IMG/VR virus record: IMGVR_UViG_2534681672_000003
Coordinates: 1 to 56,022 of that record
From: a virus
Taxonomy: Duplodnaviria; Heunggongvirae; Uroviricota; Caudoviricetes
Length of the DNA stretch: 56,022 nt
Direction: 5' to 3' (one strand)
The notes under the pieces were generated by a model, which worked only from the letters and a program-made list of their open reading frames with translations, made no database searches and was not told the origin of the DNA. Position numbers and translations under genes: made by a program. Each line of letters starts with the position of its first letter. The stretch's first letter is position 1. Below, piece by piece: positions 11,088 to 20,832 of the stretch.

Positions 11088-11416
11088 CAGTTCACCACCT
11101 GTTCAAACTCTGCGCTGAACTCAACACGCAACATACTGACCCGCGACGACCATTTTGCGCAGGTCACCTTTATCTGCCGGTAGCCATAAGGCGGCGTCCA
11201 CAGAAAGGCCTTCCAGCCTCCGTGCTCAGCCAGAAACGACTCCAGCGCCGCGGCCTCCCAACGGGGAACAGAAAGCGTCACGCTGTACGTTTTCAGGTCA
11301 GTGTTCAGCCCGGCAGGCGCTCGCTGGGAATAGCCATCACCAAAGCGCACCTTTCTTACGGAAGGGGCCGAAGCCACATCCATACCGGGTTTCACTTTCC
11401 AGCGGAAGGTTTTCAT
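11087..11416 (-). CDS. M: tail tip protein M
   Basis: 109 aa, lambda M-like. Confidence 0.92.
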   Translation of the reverse strand: MKTFRWKVKPGMDVASAPSVRKVRFGDGYSQRAPAGLNTDLKTYSVTLSVPRWEAAALESFLAEHGGWKAFLWTPPYGYRQIKVTCAKWSSRVSMLRVEFSAEFEQVVN

Positions 11417-13974
11417 CGTCCACCTCCGGAGAACAGACCACCATCGCGCATCTGCCCGGTCACAACATCCATTGCCGCCTTACGGGCTACGTCATAAACA
11501 GCCTTCAGCGCCTGTGGCCCTATCTGACCGTTCGTGCCGTCGTTGTTAATCACCACATGGTTATTCTGCTCAAACTTCCCGGACGCCTGCGACCGGCTGT
11601 CCGCCATGCTGCCCGGTGTACCGACATAACCACCGGTGGCATAGCCGCGCATCAGCCGGTAGAGATTCCCCACGCCAATCCGGCTGGTTGCCTCCTTCGT
11701 GAAGACAAATTCACCGCGGTGAACAATCCCCGCAGGCTCATATTTGCCGCCGGTTCCCGTAAATCCCCCGGTCGCAAAATGGAATTTCGCCGCAGCTGCC
11801 TGAATGGCTGTACCGCCTGACGCTGATGCGTCACCACCGACAGCACCGCCAATGACACTGCCCACACTCCCGACGATCCCCACCATTGCCTGCTTAAGCA
11901 GAATTTCTGTCATCATGGACAGCACGGAACGGGTGAAGCTGCGCCAGTTCTGCTCACTGCCGGTCAGCATCGCCGCCATATTCTGTGCAATGCCATCAAA
12001 GGTCTGCGTGGCTGCACTTTTTACCTGCGACATACTGTCTGTGGCACTCTCTTTCCACTCGCTCCAGCCGGACTTCAGGCCAGCCATCCAGCTCCCACGA
12101 AGCAGGTCTTCAGCCGCCCAGGTCTTTTTCTGCTCTGACATGACGTTATTTAGCGCCAGCGGATTATCGCCATACTGCTCCTTCAGACGCTGTTCCGTGG
12201 CGTCCCGCGCTGCCTGCCGGTCAGTAAGCCCCCGGTTTTTCGCCTCAATGGCTGCCCGTTTTGCCCGTTGTTGCTGTGCGAACTTATCCGCCTGCTGCGC
12301 CAGCGCGTTCAGGTGCTCCTGATACGTGACCTTATCGCCAAGTACAGCCAGCTGGCGTTTGTACTCCAGCGTCTCATCTTTATGCGCCAGCAGGGATTTC
12401 TCCTGTGCGGATAGCTGGCGACGTTGTGCCGCCTCCTCCAGTACCGCGAACTGATTTTCCGCCTTCCACAAATCCCGGCGCTGCTGGCTGATTTTCTCAT
12501 TTGCTCCGGCATGCTTCTCCAGCGTCCGGAGTTCAGCCTGAAGCGTCAGCAGGGCAGCATGAGCACTGTCTTCCTGACGATCGCCCGCAGACACCTTCAC
12601 GCCGGACTGTTTCGGCTTTTTCAGCGTCGCTTCATAGTCCTTTTTCGCCGCCGCCATCAGCGTGTTGTAATCTGCCTGCAGAATTTTCCCGTCCTTCAGT
12701 GCCTTGTTCAGTTCTTCCTGACGGGCGGTATATTTCTCCAGCGGCGTCTGCAGCCGTTCGTAAGCCTTCTGCGCCTCTTCGGTATATTTCAGCCGTGACG
12801 CTTCGGTATCGCTCTGCTGCTGCGCATTTTTGTCCTGTTGACTCTGCTGTTCAGCCTTCTTTCTCGCGGCTTCAAGCGCAAGACGGGCCTTTTCACGATC
12901 ATCCCAGTAACGCGCCCGCGCTTCATCGTTAACAAAATAATCATCCTTGCGCAGACTCCAGATGTCGTCCGCTTTCTTAAACGCAGCCTCTGCCTTAATC
13001 AGCATCTCCTGCGCGGTATCAGGACGACCAATATCCAGCACCGCATCCCACATGGATTTGAATGCCCGCGCTGTCCTGTCTGCCCAGGTCTCCAGCGTAC
13101 CCATGTTCTCTTTCAGGCGGCGGGTCTGGTCATCAAACCCTTTCGTCGCGGCCTCGTTCGCCGCCTGCAATGCCCCGGCTTCATCGCCGGAACGCTGCAA
13201 CTGAGCAACATACGCAATCTGCTCCGCCGTCACGTTATGGAACTGGCGTGCCATCGTTGTCAGCCCTGACGTCGGGTCTGTGGTCAGCTTCCCGAAGGCT
13301 TCAGCGACCTTGTCCACCTCCACGCCGGATGCAGAGGAGAAACGCGCCACACTCTGGCTGATGGATGCAATCTGAGCCTCACCGCTTACTCCCGCCTTAA
13401 CCAGTGCGCTGAGTGACTCGCTGGTCTGGTTAAACGTCAGCCCTGCCGCCTGCCCGGCTCTGGACAGGACCAGCATGCGATCTGCCGTCAGACCTGACTG
13501 ATGACCGGAAAGGACCAGCGTTTTGTTGAAATCGGACAGGGTTGAGTTGCCCTGATACCAGGCATACGCCAGCGCACCGGTCGCCACCGCCAGCGAGGTG
13601 GCCCCGACCATCGGCAGGGTGATCGCACCGGCAAGCCCCCTGAACATGGGGATCATCCCGCCGAAGGAGTCCTTAACCTGCCCCCCCTGTTGCAGCAGGA
13701 TCAGCCACGGACTTTGCCCGCCTGCAAGCTGCGTGGCCACGTCGGTGAACTGTGCAGGAAGCATACGCATGGCGGCTTTATACTGTCCGACGGAAATCCC
13801 CGCTTTCTGTGCAGCCAGCGCCTGCCGGTTCATTGACTGTTCAACGACTGCCGCTGTTTTTTTCGCATCACTTTCCGTACCGGAAAAATGACGCCTGACT
13901 CTGGCCATCTGCTCGTCAAATCTGGCCGCATCCAGACTCAAATCAACGACCAGATCGCCTACCGGTTCAGCCAT
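11413..13974 (-). CDS. H: tape measure protein H
   Basis: 853 aa, lambda H length and sequence as recalled. Confidence 0.95.
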   Translation of the reverse strand: MAEPVGDLVVDLSLDAARFDEQMARVRRHFSGTESDAKKTAAVVEQSMNRQALAAQKAGISVGQYKAAMRMLPAQFTDVATQLAGGQSPWLILLQQGGQVKDSFGGMIPMFRGLAGAITLPMVGATSLAVATGALAYAWYQGNSTLSDFNKTLVLSGHQSGLTADRMLVLSRAGQAAGLTFNQTSESLSALVKAGVSGEAQIASISQSVARFSSASGVEVDKVAEAFGKLTTDPTSGLTTMARQFHNVTAEQIAYVAQLQRSGDEAGALQAANEAATKGFDDQTRRLKENMGTLETWADRTARAFKSMWDAVLDIGRPDTAQEMLIKAEAAFKKADDIWSLRKDDYFVNDEARARYWDDREKARLALEAARKKAEQQSQQDKNAQQQSDTEASRLKYTEEAQKAYERLQTPLEKYTARQEELNKALKDGKILQADYNTLMAAAKKDYEATLKKPKQSGVKVSAGDRQEDSAHAALLTLQAELRTLEKHAGANEKISQQRRDLWKAENQFAVLEEAAQRRQLSAQEKSLLAHKDETLEYKRQLAVLGDKVTYQEHLNALAQQADKFAQQQRAKRAAIEAKNRGLTDRQAARDATEQRLKEQYGDNPLALNNVMSEQKKTWAAEDLLRGSWMAGLKSGWSEWKESATDSMSQVKSAATQTFDGIAQNMAAMLTGSEQNWRSFTRSVLSMMTEILLKQAMVGIVGSVGSVIGGAVGGDASASGGTAIQAAAAKFHFATGGFTGTGGKYEPAGIVHRGEFVFTKEATSRIGVGNLYRLMRGYATGGYVGTPGSMADSRSQASGKFEQNNHVVINNDGTNGQIGPQALKAVYDVARKAAMDVVTGQMRDGGLFSGGGR

Positions 13975-14401
13975 ACCGGACTCCTCCTGCGATCCCTTCT
14001 GATACTGTCATCAGCATTACGTCATCCTCCGTCATGTCCGCCACATCCGGGGAAGCGGGGATAACTTCATTCCCGTCCGGGCCAAAGCGGACACCTCCGG
14101 CAAGCCCTGCCGCTTTCTGCATCAGCACATCATCTTCAGGCTCTTCGTCAGCCTCGCGCCGGTTCAGCAGACTGAAATCCAGCGGATGCATATCCGGATC
14201 GCTGAAAAACAGGCTGAGTACGGTGTACGTCAGCCCGGAAAAGTGCATATCCAGCAGAACATCATGAAAATAATGGGTACTGTAAAAGCGGTGCCAGTCG
14301 GCATACTCCGTGGATGACATCCCGGCAAGCATGGCACGCCAGTCGGGTCGCCCCATCTCGCGCGCCAGTTTCAGGGCAAAACTCAGCTCACCGTCGAACA
14401 C
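13967..14401 (-). CDS. T: T segment of the G-T tail assembly chaperone (made by -1 frameshift from G)
   Basis: ORF in the -1 frame overlapping the G 3' end; lambda T-like. Confidence 0.85.
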   Translation of the reverse strand: MFDGELSFALKLAREMGRPDWRAMLAGMSSTEYADWHRFYSTHYFHDVLLDMHFSGLTYTVLSLFFSDPDMHPLDFSLLNRREADEEPEDDVLMQKAAGLAGGVRFGPDGNEVIPASPDVADMTEDDVMLMTVSEGIAGGVRYG

Positions 14402-14805
14402 TTTCCCGCAGAAACAGGCTCTGCAGGCCCGGCGTCATCTGCCTGTTCAGGAGCATCATTCACCACAAACTCATACATACCGGACAGCCGGTACACCACG
14501 TTTTCAGCATGAGAAATTGCCTCCGTGGGCCAGGTGGTAAGCACTTCCTGCTCAATCTGTTTAACGGCTTCATTCATGGAAGGCAGCTTTGTCTTCTGCG
14601 GATGGTTATGCCACAGGGACATCGCCACCACAAAAGCGCCGGTTCTGATGGCGTCTTCCACAGTAAACTTCCGGTTGCTGTCTGACTCCGCCTGTTCTGC
14701 CTGTCGTTTCATCAGGGCGAGATGCTCAATACGCTGCAGGGCTGACAGTTCAGAAAGCGTGACGGTCACACCGTTATGTTCAAATGATTCGGTTTTCAGG
14801 AACAT
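14383..14805 (-). CDS. G: tail assembly chaperone G
   Basis: 140 aa, lambda G-like. Confidence 0.92.
   Translation of the reverse strand: MFLKTESFEHNGVTVTLSELSALQRIEHLALMKRQAEQAESDSNRKFTVEDAIRTGAFVVAMSLWHNHPQKTKLPSMNEAVKQIEQEVLTTWPTEAISHAENVVYRLSGMYEFVVNDAPEQADDAGPAEPVSAGKCSTVS
14401..14407 (-). promoter_or_regulatory. programmed -1 ribosomal frameshift slippery heptamer GGGAAAG (G to G-T)
   Basis: Plus strand reads CTTTCCC, 6 codons before the G stop, where the T frame opens. Confidence 0.85.
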
Positions 14806-14820
14806 CGCTGACTCTCCGGA

Positions 14821-15561
14821 TTAACTGGCGGTAACGTTGATTTCTGCAACCGCAGCAAGTTCACCATTACCGGATACGACCGGAATGTTGACCTTGCCTG
14901 CAGCAACACCTTTCACGGTGATGGTCATACCACTGACCGACACGGTGGCTTTTGTTTTATCCGCAGACACCGCACGGAAGCTCTTGTCGGTTGCGCCTTC
15001 CGGCTGGAATGCCACGGTCAGCGTGGTGCTCTGCCCTTTCACCACCGAGGTGCTGGCAGGCGTCACGGTCATGCCGGTTGCCGCTGTGACCGTGCTGCGA
15101 TCTTCTGCCATCGACGGGCGTCCCACATTGGTGACCTTCACCGTGCGGGTGATCACTTCCTTCGCCGTCACCGCTTTACCGATACTGCTGACCCAGCCAC
15201 GGAACACATCGACCGTGCCGTTCGGGAAGCGGATTTTATAGGCACGGGTATCACCTTCATTAAACCACGCCAGCAGCGCCTGCTGCCCCTGCTCTCCGGG
15301 CATCCACGCCAGCGTGAAGCTGGTATCTCCGGCTGATTTCTGCCCCTGCCCGGTCGCAGTCCAGTCCGCATCTTCATCATCGAGATAGCTGTCGTCATAG
15401 GACTCAGCGGTCAGTTCGCCGGGCGTCAGGTCTTTAACTTTTGCCAGACGCGACCAGTCCACGTCTGAAAGCGGGTTCGCATAAGGGTCACCGTTCCCCT
15501 TATAAACCCACAGTGTGGTCCCGGCACCTTTCACCGGCATTGTAGGATTTGGTACAGGCAT
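14821..15561 (-). CDS. V: major tail protein V
   Basis: [22 protein letters not shown]... matches lambda V; ORF trimmed to the internal ATG. Confidence 0.95.
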   Translation of the reverse strand: MPVPNPTMPVKGAGTTLWVYKGNGDPYANPLSDVDWSRLAKVKDLTPGELTAESYDDSYLDDEDADWTATGQGQKSAGDTSFTLAWMPGEQGQQALLAWFNEGDTRAYKIRFPNGTVDVFRGWVSSIGKAVTAKEVITRTVKVTNVGRPSMAEDRSTVTAATGMTVTPASTSVVKGQSTTLTVAFQPEGATDKSFRAVSADKTKATVSVSGMTITVKGVAAGKVNIPVVSGNGELAAVAEINVTAS

Positions 15562-15568
15562 AGCGTCC

Positions 15569-15964
15569 TCACATTTCATAGGTAATGACATAAGTCAGAT
15601 CGGCTGAACTCCACAGGCCCGCATCATCGTCGCGCCGGTAGTCATAGCCGCTGGCCACCATACTGGTGATCAAATCTGACAGTGCCGGGATATCGCTCAT
15701 CACCGGATAAATCCGGGACTCCATCCACGCATCCAGCTCTGAATCCGGCACCTGAGCAGGCAGGAAAACTTCGATATGCAGCTCCGCCTGCCAGGTATCG
15801 CTGTCCAGCTCTTCGCCCGTGTATTCAGCGCCGGTGAGATAAACGGCAACTGCCGGAAAATCCGCCTCATCAAAAACAGCGGGGCGACCATCAAAAAACG
15901 TCGCCCCGGTGTCATGCTTCTCCAGTGCATCCAGTACGGCTGCACGGAGTTCAGTATGTTTCAT
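15569..15964 (-). CDS. U: tail terminator protein U
   Basis: 131 aa, lambda U-like. Confidence 0.93.
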   Translation of the reverse strand: MKHTELRAAVLDALEKHDTGATFFDGRPAVFDEADFPAVAVYLTGAEYTGEELDSDTWQAELHIEVFLPAQVPDSELDAWMESRIYPVMSDIPALSDLITSMVASGYDYRRDDDAGLWSSADLTYVITYEM

Positions 15965-16539
15965 CGCTTTATTACCATCCTCAGTTGATGCTGCAGCGCA
16001 TAGCCCAGCTCTTTCGGAAGACGTTCACGCCGTATCCGCTCAATATTTTGTTTAAACGCCGTGGTCAGCGGCACCGCCATCGGGATTTTCACCACATCAA
16101 TGGGGTAACGGTTTTTCCCGGCCACACGCTGCATGACATGCCACCGGCCATTTTTCAGTTGCTGAATAAACGCGCCGGGAATACGACGGTTACCCACCAC
16201 AAGCACGCTGCCGCCACCTTTCAGGGATGAACGCTGCCCCTTTTTACGACGCCTGCGGCGCGAAAGGACAACCCGCGCGTTACCCAGCCTGATTACGGGC
16301 AAATCCCCCCGGTTAACCTTGATTCTGGCCTGCGGATTTTTGACCGTGGCCCTTTTCAGCCTGGCCCTTTCCTTTACCAGTTTCCGGCGTACCTTTGTCT
16401 CACGGGCAACCTGTGACGCCGACTGCGATATCGCGGATGAAGCAACGCGGTTAATGGCCATTGCGGCGGCACCAGGCACCGCCGTTCTGCTGATACGGCT
16501 GAGGTTTTCAATGGCCTGCTCAAGACCTTTTATGGCCAT
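15961..16539 (-). CDS. Z: tail completion protein Z
   Basis: 192 aa, lambda Z-like. Confidence 0.93.
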   Translation of the reverse strand: MAIKGLEQAIENLSRISRTAVPGAAAMAINRVASSAISQSASQVARETKVRRKLVKERARLKRATVKNPQARIKVNRGDLPVIRLGNARVVLSRRRRRKKGQRSSLKGGGSVLVVGNRRIPGAFIQQLKNGRWHVMQRVAGKNRYPIDVVKIPMAVPLTTAFKQNIERIRRERLPKELGYALQHQLRMVIKR

Positions 16540-16550
16540 ACATCCCCCCT

Positions 16551-16904
16551 TCAGCGGCGACGGTTAACGGCAGGCGGTACGCCCCGCCCAAGCCAGAGAT
16601 GACAGCTTCCACCATCATCCGGCGAAACCCGGTCTATCCAGAAGTTTTCCTCACCGATGGTCAGCGTGTCTCCACGCCGCAGCTGCCGCACATCATCAGT
16701 CCGGACAAACAGGGACGGGCTGGAGCCTTCAACGCGCACGCCCTGTCCGGCATAGCTGATATTTTCAGGGTCATCAAAAACACCACGTATTACTGCGCCG
16801 GACTGCTCACCGGATGTCATGGTGGCTGACGTTCCCATGTACCCGCGTATCGTTTCATCGGCGCGAACAATGGCAGCATCGAACAGGTTATCGAAATCAG
16901 CCAC
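16551..16904 (-). CDS. FII: head-tail connector protein FII
   Basis: 117 aa, lambda FII-like. Confidence 0.93.
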   Translation of the reverse strand: MADFDNLFDAAIVRADETIRGYMGTSATMTSGEQSGAVIRGVFDDPENISYAGQGVRVEGSSPSLFVRTDDVRQLRRGDTLTIGEENFWIDRVSPDDGGSCHLWLGRGVPPAVNRRR

Positions 16905-16915
16905 AGCGCCTCCCG

Positions 16916-17311
16916 TTATTGCATTCTGGCCAGGCCGCGCTCTGTCATTTCGGCTGCCACACCGGCAGAGACACGAAACGCCGTTCCCGGCAGCACAAAT
17001 GCCACAGGTTCATCCCGCGTGGCGTGAAGTGCATCAGTATGCAGCGTCACCAGTGCCACGACCGTGACCAGAGCAGCCGTATCAGTCACGGTATCCGGCT
17101 GCGCTGATACCACCTCATTTTCATGTCCGGTCAGCGCATTTTCCGGGTTGACAGATGTGTCCTGACCGGCAGCGTCATCCGTGTCATCAAGCTCCTCTTC
17201 CAGCTCTGCCACACGGAGTGCCAGTTCTTCTTTCGTCCCCGTCAGGCTGACATCACGGTTCAGTTGCTCACCCAGCGAGCGGAGACGGGCAATCAGCTCA
17301 TCTTTCGTCAT
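16916..17311 (-). CDS. FI: DNA packaging protein FI
   Basis: MTKDELIARLRSLGEQLNRD... matches lambda FI; trimmed to the ATG at 17311. Confidence 0.9.
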   Translation of the reverse strand: MTKDELIARLRSLGEQLNRDVSLTGTKEELALRVAELEEELDDTDDAAGQDTSVNPENALTGHENEVVSAQPDTVTDTAALVTVVALVTLHTDALHATRDEPVAFVLPGTAFRVSAGVAAEMTERGLARMQ

Positions 17312-17352
17312 GGACTCCTCCACAGAGAAACAATGGCCCCGAAGGGCCATGA

Positions 17353-18141
17353 TTACGCCAGTTGTACGGACACGAACTCATCAGGGTCAGCCAGCAGCAT
17401 CAGCGGTGCTGACTGAATCATGGTGAACTCACGCGCCGGATCGCCGGTGGTCACCCAGTTTTTCGGGTAGCGGGCAGAGGCGTTAATGCCTTCGCGCTGT
17501 GCGTCCGCATCCTGAATGCAGCCATAGGTGCGCAGACCGCGTGCCTGAGTGTTCCCCAGCACCATCGTGTTGTCCGGCAGGAAGTTCTTTTTGACGCCGT
17601 TTTCCACGTACTGTCCGGAATACACGACGATGGCCACATCGCCATACATTCCCTTATAGGACACCGCTTTGCCCAGGTCTTTTACCGCTGTCTCCAGCTC
17701 GGAATGAGAGCCGCGACGGGTATCCAGCTTCTCCCTGACGGCTTTGAAAGAACGGAACAGCGCCCAGCCTTTCGGATCAAACACGATGATATTCACCACA
17801 CCGCTGGCGTTCAGCGCGTAGGCTTCGATATCGTCTGTCGGGTCATACGTGGACTTGTCACGCTTGCTCCACTCCGTGCCGCCGGACTGCGTGATGTTAT
17901 TCGCCTCACTGCGGCCCATATCCACCTCAACCGGATCGAAGGCTTCACCGGTCATGGTGTATTTGCCCTTAAGCACGGCAGAAACTGCCTGCATCTCTTC
18001 GACCTGAGCAATGGCCAGCTCTTCGTCACGCATGTTCTGCATGATGATGCGACGGCGGCGGTAAGTCGGGTCCGCCAGATTCTGCGGATCTTCATCCGGC
18101 AGGCGACGCAGGGTCATCTGCGGATTCACCTCATGCTTCGG
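17353..18141 (-). pseudogene. E: major capsid protein E, 3' fragment (codons from ...PKHEVNPQMTLRRLPDED to the stop)
   Basis: Lambda E C-terminal two-thirds; upstream reading frame hits a stop immediately past 18141, where unrelated AT-rich sequence begins. Confidence 0.9.
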
Positions 18142-18143
18142 CT
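18134..18143. repeat. left copy of 10-bp direct repeat TGCTTCGGCT (att core or target duplication)
   Basis: Identical 10-mer at 29567-29576; both copies lie in E codons K-P-K. Confidence 0.75.
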
Positions 18144-18220
18144 ACATGAGTCAAATATGAAAGGATGTGAATGATTTGATTACGTTTTAGCTATAGAATT
18201 GAAATGGAAAATCCTTGAAT

Positions 18221-18240
18221 GCAATACAACGTGCAATACA
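18221..18240. promoter_or_regulatory. candidate integrase arm-type site GCAATACAA-CGT-GCAATACA (left arm)
   Basis: Same motif in the same orientation at 29419-29438 near the other junction. Confidence 0.5.
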
Positions 18241-18277
18241 TGGATGAAAACCATCACTCATTTAACAAGAGGAATCT

Positions 18278-19183
18278 ATGCGCTCACCCAACAGAATGCA
18301 TGAACGCTCAACATTTTATAAGTATATGTCGTTGAATACCGCGAAGATTGTTCTTGATTCATGCAGCCTTAGATGGAGTTCTCCGGTCCTATTTAATGAC
18401 CCTTTTGATGTTCCAAGAGAAGTTATGCCTGGTATTAACGAAATTAATATTGGCAAAGCTTTAGCCCGCAAGTTAATAGCGGAGTTGATTACCCCCAGAG
18501 AAGACATACAAAATTTAAACCCTAGAATTAGAACAATGCTAAGTGATTTCCAAAAGTCATTTCCTTTAGGCATACCCGCAGGATTAATTGAAAGATTTCA
18601 AGAAATGGTAAACATTCCACCAGTTGGGATTGGCGCTCCTGCGGCAATACAAGAAATGAAAGATGTCTGGCGAGGAATGCTTAATAACAGAAGGATTTTG
18701 TGTTTATCTGAGAGCCCTATAATCACTCCTATGTGGAATCACTATGCCGATAAATATAAAGGTATAGTTATCGAATTTGATTGTGTAGACTTTCTGGATA
18801 GCGCTTGGTTAATAGCCAAACCTATGAAATACACAGATGAAATGCCTCTAACTCACACTGCTGAAGGGATGGCCGAGTTGCTTTTCATGCCAGACAATAA
18901 GTCAATTGAATATATCAATAATGAGATAATATTCATAAAAACAGAAGAATGGGCATATGAAAGAGAGTGGAGAATTTCAACCTACGCTAGGCCAAATAGC
19001 ACTGGTCAATATAGCGACTTAAAATTTCACCCTTTTGAGTTAAAATCTGTAATACTTGGTCCTCTTTTTGATGCCAGCGAGTTCGATGAAGTCGCATCAC
19101 TAGTTAAGATGTATCCAAGAGCGAAATTATTTAAAAGTTCATTTGGGAACGACAGAAAAATATCCATAGTACCACTACCTTAA
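18278..19183 (+). CDS. DUF2971 family protein (AT-rich cargo; candidate anti-phage function)
   Basis: N-terminal YKYMSLNTAKIVLDSCSLRWSSPVLFNDPFD matches the DUF2971 signature as recalled; AAGAGG RBS; low GC. Confidence 0.65.
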   Translation: MRSPNRMHERSTFYKYMSLNTAKIVLDSCSLRWSSPVLFNDPFDVPREVMPGINEINIGKALARKLIAELITPREDIQNLNPRIRTMLSDFQKSFPLGIPAGLIERFQEMVNIPPVGIGAPAAIQEMKDVWRGMLNNRRILCLSESPIITPMWNHYADKYKGIVIEFDCVDFLDSAWLIAKPMKYTDEMPLTHTAEGMAELLFMPDNKSIEYINNEIIFIKTEEWAYEREWRISTYARPNSTGQYSDLKFHPFELKSVILGPLFDASEFDEVASLVKMYPRAKLFKSSFGNDRKISIVPLP

Positions 19184-19223
19184 AAGGTCAAATGCTTTTG
19201 ACAAATAAAATCTATCGCCAGTT

Positions 19224-19240
19224 TTACTGGCGACTTTTAA
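19224..19240. terminator. bidirectional hairpin GCCAGT-TTT-ACTGGC between convergent genes
   Basis: Inverted repeat between the DUF2971 stop and the nu1-like stop. Confidence 0.45.
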
Positions 19241-19289
19241 GCAACAAAGAACCACCTAAGCACTCTTCCTACCTATGGTTTCATTTGTT

Positions 19290-19841
19290 TTAACTTCGCT
19301 GATTATCCTTGATATACCTTTCAGCCATATCTGGAATGTTATCTGAGATCTGGTAAGCTCGAATAAATGCTTTACTGACCTCCATCTTAATGAAGTCCTG
19401 ATACCGTTTTCCCATGCCAGGAAACTGTCGACAGATCGCAAGTGGAAGACTATCAATGATTGCTCCAACTTCCCCAGTTAATTTCGACAAGGCATAAGTC
19501 GCAAATGCAGTGTCAATTACCTCACCTGTTTCGCTGGCATTCTTCAGTTCCTGTGCGTCGGCCTGCGCACGCGTAAGTCGATGGCGTTCATACTCAATAG
19601 TCCCTGGCAGGAGATCTGCCTCGCTGGCCTGCCGCAGTTCTTCAACCTCCCGGCGCAGCTTTTCGTTCTCAATTTCAGCATCCCTTTCGGCATACCATTT
19701 TATGACGGCGGCAGAGTCATAAAGCACCTCATTACCCTTGCCACCGCCTCGCAGAACGGGCATTCCCTGCTCCTGCTAGTTCTGAATGGTACGGATACTC
19801 GCACCGAAAATGTCAGCCAGCTGCTTTTTGTTGGCTTCCAT
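19290..19841 (-). pseudogene. nu1-like small terminase subunit paralogue with in-frame TAG at codon 22 (possible restart at Met27)
   Basis: First two-thirds nearly identical at DNA level to helper nu1 (35283-35828) except TGG to TAG at 19776-19778; C-terminal third diverged. Confidence 0.7.
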
Positions 19842-19859
19842 TGTTCATTCCACGGACAA

Positions 19860-20060
19860 AACCAGAGAAAGGAAACGACAGAGGCCAAAAAGCCTGTTTT
19901 TAGCACCTGTCGTTTCCTTTCTTTTTAGGGGGTGTTTTTAATAAAAACATTAAGTTACGGCGAAGAAGAACGGAAACGCCTTAAACAGGAAAATTTTCAC
20001 AAATAGCGAAAAACTGCGCGCCTGACGCCCCGTAGCCTGTCAGATCGCCGGAAAGGACCC
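19860..20060. other. element cos site (cosB-like R-site sequences plus variant cosN at about 20019-20030)
   Basis: Aligns to helper cos at 35838-36030; flanks conserved, 12-nt overhang positions differ. Confidence 0.65.
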
Positions 20061-20086
20061 GCCAGCCAGAGCGGGCCCTAATTTCA

Positions 20087-20470
20087 TCAACCAATCAGCT
20101 TATAGCGACCATCCCGTGCATTGCGGCGTACACGCTCAATCTTGAGGCATAGCGCCGCATCTGGCTTTTTTGGGACAGGTACGCGGCAATATTCAGAAGC
20201 GCGAGGAATATTATTTATCCAGTCGATCACTTCACTTAAATACCAGGCCTTACGCCCTTCCGTAACCTGCACACGCTCCGGGAACTCTCCACTAGCCTCA
20301 AGGTTTAGCAGTGTACGACGACTCAGGGTTGTAATTTCCATCACCTGATTCATATCAACAAGGCGCTCGCTTAAACACATTTTGTCAGCGATAGCTTTTA
20401 ATTCCTCTACAGCTGGATTCGGGTACATCATTTCGGCAATTGGCTTAAGGTCATTGTAATCATTCTGCAT
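20087..20470 (-). CDS. AlpA/Xis-type HTH DNA-binding protein
   Basis: Motif TTLSRRTLLNLEASGEFPERVQVTEGRKAWYLSEVIDWI; AGGGGG RBS; last gene of the capsid operon, ending about 57 bp from cosN. Confidence 0.6.
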   Translation of the reverse strand: MQNDYNDLKPIAEMMYPNPAVEELKAIADKMCLSERLVDMNQVMEITTLSRRTLLNLEASGEFPERVQVTEGRKAWYLSEVIDWINNIPRASEYCRVPVPKKPDAALCLKIERVRRNARDGRYKLIG

Positions 20471-20481
20471 TGTATCCCCCT

Positions 20482-20823
20482 TTACACACGAGCCAGCGGC
20501 TGAACAGAAATACCTGAGCCAACAAACGCTGCAACCTTTACTGACAGTTCTTTAACAGACTCAGGCCAGTTCAGAGCATCAACATTTAAGACACCTGTCT
20601 TATAGACCTGAGCCTGTGTTTTTTTCGCGGTGTCGATTTGTACAGCGGAAACATAAACCGCTTTACCTACGCTCGAACCATCCCATACCACCAGTGCACC
20701 TGTTGCATCTTCCTGCATCAGTGGCGTAAATGCAGGAATTACCCCTTTATTAGCTGAAAATATCCCCAGCGTAGTCACCAGTGCTTCAGTGCCAGCCATG
20801 AGTTCAGTGTAATGAGTAGCCAT
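20482..20823 (-). CDS. head decoration protein, lambda D-like
   Basis: Alignable by eye to helper D (TPLM, WDG, YK-G, WPE, AF-G-IS shared); AGGGGGAG RBS. Confidence 0.7.
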   Translation of the reverse strand: MATHYTELMAGTEALVTTLGIFSANKGVIPAFTPLMQEDATGALVVWDGSSVGKAVYVSAVQIDTAKKTQAQVYKTGVLNVDALNWPESVKELSVKVAAFVGSGISVQPLARV

Positions 20824-20832
20824 TGCTCCCCC

